From: Candidatus Syntropharchaeum caldarium
GTDB taxonomy: Archaea; Halobacteriota; Syntropharchaeia; Syntropharchaeales; Syntropharchaeaceae
Direction: 5' to 3'
Length of the DNA stretch: 32,000 bases
Assembly: GCA_001766815.1 (NCBI GenBank)
Contig: LYOS01000002.1
Span: 1 to 32,000, forward strand
The notes beneath the pieces were generated by a model, which was not told where the DNA came from, did not search any database, and was given only the letters and a program-made list of their open reading frames with translations. The position numbers and the translations under genes were made by a program. The first letter of the stretch is position 1, and each line of letters begins with the position of its first letter. This document shows positions 18,046 through 26,307 of the stretch, piece by piece.

Positions 18046-20863
18046 ATTCGACGCTTTAACTGTTAGGCAGATTTTTCGATTTTTATCACACACACCATTT
18101 ACTGAGATCCGGGGGATCGATCCGAATGGAAAGAAAAGGCCAGTAATCTACTTCGTGACGGACGAGGATGACTTTGTAGACCGGTGCAGGGGGCTCACGG
18201 GTGATTACAATGTATATGTTGGTATCAATCCAAGACAGCGGCGAAGGGGGAAGGCTGAGGATATAGCAAGTGTAAACGCAGTCATCCTTGATGTTGATGC
18301 AAAACGACCCGATAAAAAGCAGCCAGCAACGGATGAGGAGCTTTCGAAGGCTGAGGAGGTTGCAGACAGGATCATTCGGTGGTTTGAGGCTCAAGGCTTC
18401 CACAGGCCTATCAAATGCATGAGCGGTAATGGGTGGCAACTTTGGGCTGCCATTCCACACATCGGGCTTGATGATGGGAATAGAGATGTGATTCAGGCTA
18501 AGCTACAGGCTTTTCAGAGGTTAATTGAAAAGATGTTTGAGAATGGAGATGTTGAGATCGATAATATCGGCGATTTACCTCGCATCATCAAGGTGATTGG
18601 GACTAAATCGATAAAGGGGGAGAATACACCAGAGAGACCACACAGGCTTTCTTATGCTGTTGATCCAGTTGTGAGGAATGAGGATCCAGGGCTGAGGGAT
18701 TATATCCTGAGTCTTGAGGCTGAAAAGAGTGATGTGCAACTTGCAAATCCATCAGAAGTACAGGTAAAGAGTGAACTCCGCCCGTGCTTCAGGCAGGCAA
18801 TAGAAGAGCGGTGGCAGCTTACCGGTGGGGATGGTCACCACTTCCGGCTTGCGCTTGTTGCAGAGCTTATTGCGGCGGGGTATGGTGATTCAGAGATTCA
18901 TGATGTCTTTAAGATTCAAAGCGATTATGATCCAGGGATCACACAGTCACACATCAATCGGACGAGGGAGAAGGGTATCAGGCCTCATCGTTGTGTAACA
19001 ATTCAGCGGGATTGTGCATCCTTGGTGAGGCAGCTCTGTGAAGCGTGTAAGGAGGGGAAAAGAAAAAGGAATGGAAGAGCAAGCGGAGAGGCCGGCACAA
19101 CAATTAAATCGCAAAACGACAGGCTTGTCACGCTCGCCTTAACCCGCCTTGAAGCAATCGGATGCGATCAATACAGTGAGCCACACGCCATCATTGTGAA
19201 TGGCGGCGGGGGTGTGCGCGCGCTACGTATGAGGTCGAGGGAATTTAGAGAGTGGCTTGCTGAAATATGGTGGCAGAAAGAGCAAAAAGCACTGAGTAAC
19301 GACGCGCTAACAACCGCTACAACAACATTGGCAGGTGTCGCGAGGTTTGAGGGCGGCCGATTCCATCTATGGAACAGGGTCGCTGAGTTAAATGGTCGGA
19401 TCTACTACGATCTTGCAAATGAGTCAGGTGAGGTTATCGAGATCGATGAGAATGGATGGGAGGTTATCACCGATCCACCAGTGCTGTTTAGGAGTGAACA
19501 GCATCAGAGAACACAAATAATACCTGAGCGCGGGGGCAGTATTGACGACCTCTGGCGATTTTTCACGCTTGAGAGTGAGAGAAATAGATGTCTTTTTCTC
19601 ACTGTTCTTATCTCATACTTCTTCCATGAAATACCACGTCCGATTGTGGCGTTTTATGGTCAGCACGGCAGCAGGAAGACAACGTTTTCGAAATGGATCA
19701 AAGAGCTGATCGATCCATCTAAGACAGAGACATTGAGGATGCCGACAAGGGATAACGACATGATTATAAGCCTGTTCCACCATTACTGTGCTGTATTCGA
19801 TAATGAGGGTGTGATCAAGGATTGGCAAAGTGATATACTCTCACGGGCTGTGACAGGGGCTGGTGAGACGAAACGGGCACTTTACACCGATGAAGATGAA
19901 GTGATCTTCAATTATAAACGGGCAATAGTCTTAAACGGCATTCTAATACCGTTATATCGTCCTGACGTTGTAGACAGGTCTTTGTTCTTTAAGTTGGAGA
20001 GGCGTGAAGACAACAAGAGCGGGAGAGAGTTGCAACACGAGTTTGAGACAGCAAAACCTCAACTTTTTGGCGCACTTCTTGATCTCCTTGCAAAGACGCT
20101 GAGGGTACTTGAGAACGAGGAGATCAATATCCCCGGTGGAATACGGATGTACGATTATGCCGAGGTCGGTGAGGCATGTATGAGAGCACTCGGATATAAG
20201 GAAGGGACATTTTTGCGGCACTACCTAAGTTCAAAGGGGGACGATAATCTCAGAGTTATTGAATCGTCTTTGATGGGAAACGTGCTGTTATCACTGTTGA
20301 ATGATGGTTTTTATACCGATGATGAGGGAATCAGACACAACTTTCTGGATGATGAGCAGCGATGGGAGGGTACACCATCTGAACTTCTTACTGTTTTCAA
20401 CCTCAAAGCAAAAGAGCTTGGGATTGACAGGCGTTCCAGAGACTGGCATGGTTCACCAAAGGGGCTTTCAGAGGAGATTGAGCGGTTAAAAACAAACTTA
20501 GCGGCTGTTGGGGTGATGATTGAGCGTGGGAAGTCAGGGAATCGTTACATCAACATTTACCAACGTGGTGGGGGGAATAAGGTCGACCCCTTTAGTAAAG
20601 GCAATCTTGCGTCCTTTGCGTCCTTTGCGTCCGGGTTGGGGGACGAAGTGGACGAACCGGACGCAAAATTGCATACTCTTAAGGGTCAGGGGGTTGAACC
20701 CATCACCGGGGATGATGACCTTGACAACGTTCTCAGAAAACTCAAGGCCTTCCTTGATTACGATCGACAGTTGCTGGACAATCGATCGCGTACTTCTTTC
20801 AGAGAAGCTGTGATAAGCCAGCTTGAGCTTCAGGGGGCTTCTTCTCCCTCGGGAATCAAGTGA
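18038..20863 (+). CDS. plasmid-type replication protein: N-terminal archaeo-eukaryotic primase (prim-pol) fused to a C-terminal P-loop (SF3/D5-like) helicase
   Basis: AEP motifs AVILDVDAK (DxD), MSGNGWQLWA (sGxG) and PRIIKVIGTKSIKG. PriCT-like helical segment CFRQAIEERW...HHFRLALVAELIAAGYGDSEI. Walker A YGQHGSRKTTFSKW and Walker B CAVFDNEG. Architecture resembles pRN1 ORF904-type proteins. Confidence 0.88.
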   Translation: MGEFDALTVRQIFRFLSHTPFTEIRGIDPNGKKRPVIYFVTDEDDFVDRCRGLTGDYNVYVGINPRQRRRGKAEDIASVNAVILDVDAKRPDKKQPATDEELSKAEEVADRIIRWFEAQGFHRPIKCMSGNGWQLWAAIPHIGLDDGNRDVIQAKLQAFQRLIEKMFENGDVEIDNIGDLPRIIKVIGTKSIKGENTPERPHRLSYAVDPVVRNEDPGLRDYILSLEAEKSDVQLANPSEVQVKSELRPCFRQAIEERWQLTGGDGHHFRLALVAELIAAGYGDSEIHDVFKIQSDYDPGITQSHINRTREKGIRPHRCVTIQRDCASLVRQLCEACKEGKRKRNGRASGEAGTTIKSQNDRLVTLALTRLEAIGCDQYSEPHAIIVNGGGGVRALRMRSREFREWLAEIWWQKEQKALSNDALTTATTTLAGVARFEGGRFHLWNRVAELNGRIYYDLANESGEVIEIDENGWEVITDPPVLFRSEQHQRTQIIPERGGSIDDLWRFFTLESERNRCLFLTVLISYFFHEIPRPIVAFYGQHGSRKTTFSKWIKELIDPSKTETLRMPTRDNDMIISLFHHYCAVFDNEGVIKDWQSDILSRAVTGAGETKRALYTDEDEVIFNYKRAIVLNGILIPLYRPDVVDRSLFFKLERREDNKSGRELQHEFETAKPQLFGALLDLLAKTLRVLENEEINIPGGIRMYDYAEVGEACMRALGYKEGTFLRHYLSSKGDDNLRVIESSLMGNVLLSLLNDGFYTDDEGIRHNFLDDEQRWEGTPSELLTVFNLKAKELGIDRRSRDWHGSPKGLSEEIERLKTNLAAVGVMIERGKSGNRYINIYQRGGGNKVDPFSKGNLASFASFASGLGDEVDEPDAKLHTLKGQGVEPITGDDDLDNVLRKLKAFLDYDRQLLDNRSRTSFREAVISQLELQGASSPSGIK

Positions 20864-20923
20864 TTCAGCAGTTCTTATGGCAATAAACATGCTTTACTCT
20901 GATCTTAATGGAGGTGATCGAGC

Positions 20924-21286
20924 ATGACTGAGTTTATTTCACTTGAAGAGCTGGTACGTAGTGGGGTAAAAATCCTCCCACAAAGCACACTTCTCCTTGG
21001 TGGAGAGCTGCGGAAGCTGGTTTGTCCTCAATGCGGTAAGAAATATATTCTTGCACGACAGCCGGGAAATCCAATTTTGGGTGGCTCAAAGATTTCTATC
21101 GGACTACTCAAAAAGCCAGTATCTTGTGATGATTGTGGGATGCCCCTGAAAAAAGGAGATGAGGCGGTTGCAGTGACCCTGGGGTGTGGGTCATGGTCAG
21201 TCCCGGCTTGGGAACATAGGTTTTTCGAGGGCCTGTTGTGGAAAGAAAAAAGTGAGGAGTCGGATGAGATGGTAAGATTTGGGTGA
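20924..21286 (+). CDS. zinc-ribbon protein, function unknown
   Basis: 120 aa with CPQCGKKY...CDDCGMPL (CxxC...CxxC). GGAGGTGA SD at 20909-20916. Confidence 0.6.
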   Translation: MTEFISLEELVRSGVKILPQSTLLLGGELRKLVCPQCGKKYILARQPGNPILGGSKISIGLLKKPVSCDDCGMPLKKGDEAVAVTLGCGSWSVPAWEHRFFEGLLWKEKSEESDEMVRFG

Positions 21287-21342
21287 GTAGATGGAAGTCT
21301 TAACGAGAAAGCGTACCACAGATTTTTTCACGATCAGCGGGC

Positions 21343-23922
21343 TTGAGAAGCAGACTGGCACAGATCGACACAACTGGGACAGGTATAATTCTCAAGGAGC
21401 TGATCGATAACGCTTTGGACGCATCTGAGGAGGCAGGGTTACATCCATATATTGAAGTTGGGATTGAGCTTTATTGTGGAGCTCTCAGGATCCGGGTGAG
21501 AGACAGCGGACCGGGGATGGATATATTCACACTCAAAAAAGTTCTTGATGTCGATAAATATGCTGGTTCTAAGACATTCTTCAGGAGACCAACGCGTGGA
21601 GCACAGGGCAACGCTCTGATGACAGTGTTTTCAATTCCACTCGTTCTCGGTGGGCATGTAATTATTTCATCAAAATTCGGTGTCTATGATATTGGCTTAG
21701 AGAGCGATCCAATCTCACAGGATACACACTTTCTTTTAAACCAAATTTCAGAGGCAGAGCACACTGGTTTCTCCATTGAGGTGGGATTGCCTGTTGAATA
21801 CTGGTTTGAAGCAGAAAAAGAGCGATACCAGAGCATCTTACATGGATTTGCAGCATTCAATCCTCATGCAAGTTTTTCTTTTGAGATCTTCGGTGAAGTA
21901 TGGAAAAGCGATGCACGCGGTGAGATAAGGCGATACCTTCAGAAGGAGCCAATTCACTGGTATTCCTTCGATGAGTTTAGAGAGCTTGTTTATACCTACC
22001 TCAGGGAGGGGATTGACCCGACAGTCAAAGAATTTTTACAGCGGTTCAGAGGCGTTTCACGAAACACAAAGATAAACGTGAGGGGGCATCTTTCTCAGGC
22101 TTCAGAAGAAGAATTGAGGTGCGTTTACGAGGAAGTCAAGAAAAGCACAAAACCACCAAACCCACAGGCACTTGGTGGTATCGGTCGTACGTGTGCCTTT
22201 GAGTTTATGAAAGCAGTCCCTGGGGCAGATCTTTCAACCTTCAAATTCAAATCCACAGAACGAGTTGTGATCTCAGTTGATGATAAATCCACACACCTCA
22301 AAGAGACACCCTACCTGATCGAAGCTGCTGCTGTGGAGCTGAAAGAGGGTGGGAGGCAAGCATATCTCGGGATTAACAACTCCCCTGCACACAACCCGGA
22401 GCTGCTTGAGAGGATACTGGGTTTCCAGTATGATATCAACTTTCGGGATCCTGTCCTGGTTTTCCTCCATATCATCTCTCCAGGCCTTGAGTATCAGAAC
22501 TATGGGAAGACTGAGTTCGAATACTCCGGTGCGCTTGAGGGGATACTTGAGGCGCTTGAACGGGTGTTGAAGGAGTATCTGGAAAAGAAGAGGAAGGTTG
22601 AGGACAGGCTGAGGCGTGAGCAGGAAAAAGAGATAAAAGAAGCGGAAAAAGCGATGAAAAAACTGGCACGAGAAGAGAAAGAGAAGAGACAACAGCGAAT
22701 TAAGGAGATATTTATTGCAACTATCGACGAAGCGTTAAAATTAACCTCTGATAATGGACGATACACACCACCAATAAGACAGGTTTTCTATAAGCATCGA
22801 CCGATACTCCAGGAGCATGGTGCTGAGATTGATTATGCATATTATGAGCGCCTGTTCAAGGAAGAAGAGGAAAGACGAGGGGTAAGGCTCGCAAACAGGG
22901 AGGCAAGAGGGGGCATCATCCTCCCGCGCAGTGGTGAGTGGGTTCAGATTGATACAAGGTTTTTGAATGAGTTTGAACCACCCGAGTGGGAATTTAATAA
23001 AGTACTTTACATTGAAAAAAGAGGGTTCATCGATTACCTGATTCAGGCTGAGATCCACAACCGGTACGATATGGTGCTTGTGGGTGGACAGGGATACTCC
23101 ACATGGGATAACAGAGCGCTTCTTGCAAAAATCGTGGAAAAGGTCCCATCATGCAAGATCTTCTGCCTCCATGATTGTGATATTGATGGGATTGAGATCA
23201 AGAACACACTTGAGCGTGAACACTACATAGACGGGACTAAAATTGAGGTGATCGATCTTGGCCTGATTCCAAAAGAGGCTATTGAGCGCAAGCTGCCACG
23301 GGAAACACAGGTGAGGACAAAACGACCAAAGAAAATTTTATCACAGCTATCCGAGGATGAGAGGAGATTTTTCAATATTAGAAAAGGTAAAGGAAAGAGC
23401 TGGCTTGTGGATCGTGTTGAGCTCAACGTATTCTCCCCTGGTGAGTTTATTGCGTGGGTTGGGAAGAAGTTGAGGGGGTTTGGCGTTACCGAGAAGGTCA
23501 TACCACCGGGAAATCTCATCAGAGGACACACGGATGAGATTTTAGCAAGGAAAAGATCTCTTGAAGATATTAAGATCTCTGATCCAGAGCTTGATAATCT
23601 GATTATTGAGTTGAAACACCTGTTCTTCGATTTTGATGGGTTTAAAGCCTCAATCGAGAGAGAATGGAACAGGACTTTCAGAGTGGATCAGGAAGAGGCA
23701 AAAATGGCTGTGGAGAAGAGGCTTAAAACCAATCCCCAGAATGCTGGAGAGATGCACTTGAAGAAATTATCGAAAAAAGGATTGAGGAGAAGCAGAGTGA
23801 GTGGAGAACTAAGGTTGGAAATATTAAAGTGCAGCACACAAACAGAAAGGTATTCGGTGAAGTGGTTGGCATTCTCCAGAGTGTTGTTAAAAAGTACAAA
23901 AATCGAAAAAATCACGGAATGA
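21343..23922 (+). CDS. fused type IIB topoisomerase-like protein (GHKL ATPase + Spo11/TopoVIA-like 5Y-CAP/Toprim), Topo VIII-like; the 5' end is probably frameshifted
   Basis: Bergerat-fold motifs LKELIDNALDA (N box), VRDSGPGMD (G1) and TRGAQGNALMT (G2). K/E-rich coiled-coil linker. Candidate catalytic Tyr in IRQVFYKHRP. Toprim acidic motifs VLYIEKRGF and CLHDCDIDGIEI. The track start is TTG 21343, but an SD-preceded ATG at 21291 lies in another frame. Confidence 0.8.
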   Translation: MRSRLAQIDTTGTGIILKELIDNALDASEEAGLHPYIEVGIELYCGALRIRVRDSGPGMDIFTLKKVLDVDKYAGSKTFFRRPTRGAQGNALMTVFSIPLVLGGHVIISSKFGVYDIGLESDPISQDTHFLLNQISEAEHTGFSIEVGLPVEYWFEAEKERYQSILHGFAAFNPHASFSFEIFGEVWKSDARGEIRRYLQKEPIHWYSFDEFRELVYTYLREGIDPTVKEFLQRFRGVSRNTKINVRGHLSQASEEELRCVYEEVKKSTKPPNPQALGGIGRTCAFEFMKAVPGADLSTFKFKSTERVVISVDDKSTHLKETPYLIEAAAVELKEGGRQAYLGINNSPAHNPELLERILGFQYDINFRDPVLVFLHIISPGLEYQNYGKTEFEYSGALEGILEALERVLKEYLEKKRKVEDRLRREQEKEIKEAEKAMKKLAREEKEKRQQRIKEIFIATIDEALKLTSDNGRYTPPIRQVFYKHRPILQEHGAEIDYAYYERLFKEEEERRGVRLANREARGGIILPRSGEWVQIDTRFLNEFEPPEWEFNKVLYIEKRGFIDYLIQAEIHNRYDMVLVGGQGYSTWDNRALLAKIVEKVPSCKIFCLHDCDIDGIEIKNTLEREHYIDGTKIEVIDLGLIPKEAIERKLPRETQVRTKRPKKILSQLSEDERRFFNIRKGKGKSWLVDRVELNVFSPGEFIAWVGKKLRGFGVTEKVIPPGNLIRGHTDEILARKRSLEDIKISDPELDNLIIELKHLFFDFDGFKASIEREWNRTFRVDQEEAKMAVEKRLKTNPQNAGEMHLKKLSKKGLRRSRVSGELRLEILKCSTQTERYSVKWLAFSRVLLKSTKIEKITE

Positions 23923-24383
23923 AGTGGGTGATTTAGCATGGTAACAGGAGACCCCAACTTTTTGAAAATCCATACCTTTCACAACCACCAAATAAACGAA
24001 GAAGCAAAGCTTGAGGAATGATCACCACTTGCGCAGGTTCATCATGATCCTGTGGAGTGGAATAGGAGTGAATGAACAAACCAGCCACAATATAACTCAC
24101 ATAATTATACAATCACACAGCATCCCACCGATACTCCTTTTATACCCCACATAAGAGGTCAGTGTGGAGGGAATGAATAGGGGTAACATGGGAGAGCAGA
24201 GTGAGGGTAGTTATGAGAGTAATTATAAGAAATATAATACAAATATATAGTAAGAATGATATAGAGAAATAAAAGGGTCTGTTTAATATTCCTGAAAAAG
24301 GAAGAGAGGATAGTTGAATATTGGGAGGGTTTGACCAGAGGGATGTATATGCGAATTGTGTTGGATGCACGGAGACTAAGATT

Positions 24384-25298
24384 ATGAGTTTAACATCATT
24401 CTTAAAAAATAAAGATGTGAAAGATGCTTTCAAACAGGAGTTTAAAAAACCACGATTAAAACTCCAAGGTGAGTTATTATCACCTCCTTTAACAAATCAC
24501 TATGGTCTTGTTGGTACAGCATTTGATTACTTACTTCGTTTTTATATAAAACAAGTAAATCCCAACGCTATAGAGGGACGTTGGGTAAGTGAAGCGTCTC
24601 TTCATTTATTGGAAATGGCACAATTGCGGGATTCGCTCGAGGTTCCTGAAGAAACACCAGTTATGCAAAAATTAAAAGAAATGATCACAGAAAAACCAAT
24701 ATTATCTGATCCTACTGTCCATAAAAAAGTTGTAGAAATAATACAGTTTTCAAGGAAGGTTTATGCTGAATTTATCAGGAAAGGAGAGATGGGTTCTGAT
24801 TTATTTAAAGCAGTATTGCTATTAGCTCAGGTGGATGTGATATATAGAGCTGGAATTGTAGATGAAAATTTAAGCAGTATTGATGAAAAGGACATAGAGG
24901 ATCTAAGGAATTTGGTATCAATAGTAAAACCAGAATATTTCAAAGCGAAGAGAATATGCATATTAAATCCGACATTTGGAATAGCCTCTCAATTAGTTGG
25001 CGGGGCAGATTGTGATTTGGTTATAGATGATGCAATAATAGATATAAAGACTACGAAGAAACTTGATTTAACAAGAAACTTTTTTGATCAGTTAATAGGC
25101 TATTATATCCTCCACAAAATTGGGGGTATTGAAGGTATGCCCTCGAACTGTGAAATAAAAAGATTAGGAATATACTTCTCCAGGTACGGATATCTCCACT
25201 TTATTGATGTGCGAGATATCATAAGCGAAGACACGTTTCCAAATTTTTTAGAATGGTTTAAGAAAAGGGCGAGTGATGAATATGGAATGGATATATAG
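24384..25298 (+). CDS. PD-(D/E)xK (RecB/Cas4-like) nuclease-fold protein
   Basis: Motif order GLVGTAFDYLLRF ... GGADCDLVIDDAIIDIKTTKK (D...D/ExK) ... FDQLIGYYIL (QxxxY), as in the RecB-family nuclease core. No Cys cluster. ATG 24384 is preferred over the track start at 24321. Confidence 0.65.
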   Translation: MSLTSFLKNKDVKDAFKQEFKKPRLKLQGELLSPPLTNHYGLVGTAFDYLLRFYIKQVNPNAIEGRWVSEASLHLLEMAQLRDSLEVPEETPVMQKLKEMITEKPILSDPTVHKKVVEIIQFSRKVYAEFIRKGEMGSDLFKAVLLLAQVDVIYRAGIVDENLSSIDEKDIEDLRNLVSIVKPEYFKAKRICILNPTFGIASQLVGGADCDLVIDDAIIDIKTTKKLDLTRNFFDQLIGYYILHKIGGIEGMPSNCEIKRLGIYFSRYGYLHFIDVRDIISEDTFPNFLEWFKKRASDEYGMDI

Positions 25299-25347
25299 TT
25301 ATGCCGAGCCTCCGAACTCTACTGTGATTCGCGCCTCGCCCTTTGGG

Positions 25348-25437
25348 TCACTTAACTGGAGGATAGGTGGCTCGCTTACGCTACGCCCAAATTTCGCAAG
25401 GCGAAACTTCACATATCCCCAGAACGTTATGCGAAAT
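25348..25437 (+). repeat. copy 1 of a ~90-nt conserved structured intergenic element
   Basis: Blocks in order: TCACTTAAC, GGCTCG, CGCCCAAAT, hairpin TTTCGC-AAG-GCGAAA (25392-25406), ACTTCA, then a 26-nt tail ending GCGAAAT. Homologous to the copies at 26203 and 27452. Confidence 0.85.
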
Positions 25438-25451
25438 CGGAGGTTCATAAA

Positions 25452-26192
25452 ATGATCAATTCAAAGGGGAGAAAAATGGACGCTTCAGATATAGAAAGCA
25501 AACCGAAAGCAGGAGCAGGGGATGTAGCCCATACTCTTATAAGGACGGGTCTTTCAGCAATACCGGTTCTCGGTGGACCAGCTGCAGAGATTTTCTCAGC
25601 AATTATTGTTCCTCCACTTTCTAAGCGGCGTGATGAATGGATAGAATCAATCGCCAAAAAGCTCAAGGCGCTAGAGGAAAAAGTAGATGATTTTAATATT
25701 GAGGCTCTTTCTCAGAACGAGGTCTTCGTCACAACAGTTATGCACGCAAGTCAAGTAGCGATTCGCAATCATCAAAAAGAAAAGCTTGAAGCCTTGCGCA
25801 ATGCAGTTCTAAATGCAGCTTTATCAAATGCCCCGGAAGAAGACATTCAACTTATGTTCCTCAACTTTGTCGATACTTTTACGCCATGGCATTTGAGAAT
25901 ATTGAAATTCTTTGACAATCCCCAAGAATGGGGACGAAGAGTCGGTATCACCTATCCAAATTGGCCAACGGGCAGCCTATCAACGGTTTTAGAACACACC
26001 TTTCCAGAATTGAGAGGACGACGCGATTTTTATGACCAGGTTGTCAAAGACTTGTTTATTCGGGGATTGATGAACACAGAATCATTACACGGTATTATGA
26101 CTCCACAAGGGATGTTTGCATCTCGCACAACACCATTGGGAAAACAATTTATTAACTTTATTACGTCTCCAATTGAAAGTGATGATGATTAG
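25452..26192 (+). CDS. hypothetical helical protein; the N-terminal segment is loosely reminiscent of Abi-alpha/DUF4393-type proteins (unverified)
   Basis: 246 aa. GGAGG SD at 25439-25443. An alternative in-frame start ATG 25476 follows AGGGGAG. No firm family recognised. Confidence 0.6.
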   Translation: MINSKGRKMDASDIESKPKAGAGDVAHTLIRTGLSAIPVLGGPAAEIFSAIIVPPLSKRRDEWIESIAKKLKALEEKVDDFNIEALSQNEVFVTTVMHASQVAIRNHQKEKLEALRNAVLNAALSNAPEEDIQLMFLNFVDTFTPWHLRILKFFDNPQEWGRRVGITYPNWPTGSLSTVLEHTFPELRGRRDFYDQVVKDLFIRGLMNTESLHGIMTPQGMFASRTTPLGKQFINFITSPIESDDD

Positions 26193-26202
26193 GAAAGCAA
26201 CT

Positions 26203-26295
26203 TCACCTAACCCAGACAAAAAGGCTCGTGCCTTCAGCACTTCGCCCAAATTTCCCTATGGGAACTTCAGATACGCCAAATCCTAGGCGAAAAAT
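26203..26295 (+). repeat. copy 2 of the ~90-nt conserved structured intergenic element
   Basis: Blocks in order: TCACCTAAC, GGCTCG, CGCCCAAAT, hairpin TTCCC-TAT-GGGAA (26252-26264), ACTTCA, then a 26-nt tail ending GCGAAAAAT. Confidence 0.85.
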
Positions 26296-26307
26296 GGTGA
26301 GGAAAAT

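Larger units (their letters stand above)
15331..23922 (+). mobile_element. integrated plasmid-like element at tRNA-Thr (distal boundary not determined; may extend further)
   Basis: It starts at the tRNA 3' end with a tyrosine integrase, followed by replication and topology genes typical of archaeal plasmids (RHH, wHTH, prim-pol/helicase, Topo VIII-like). No convincing direct repeat of the tRNA 3' end was found by eye in the window. Confidence 0.6.

Noticed and set aside
24122-24129. ATCCCACC, identical to part of the tRNA-Thr T-arm/acceptor region, as the distal attachment site of the integrated element.
   Set aside because: It is only 8 nt and diverges immediately on both sides. A match of this length is expected by chance in ~17 kb.
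24164-24209. Possible G-quadruplex (GGG-8nt-GGGG-6nt-GGG-12nt-GGG).
   Set aside because: The loops exceed the canonical 1-7 nt, and it is a single occurrence inside a generally G/A-rich tract. There is not enough evidence to call it.
24140-24433. 97-aa minus-strand ORF across the junction region.
   Set aside because: It lies on the complement of the C-depleted tract. The translation is low-complexity (I/L/F/S-rich) and it overlaps the ORF1 start. Most likely it is a compositional artefact.
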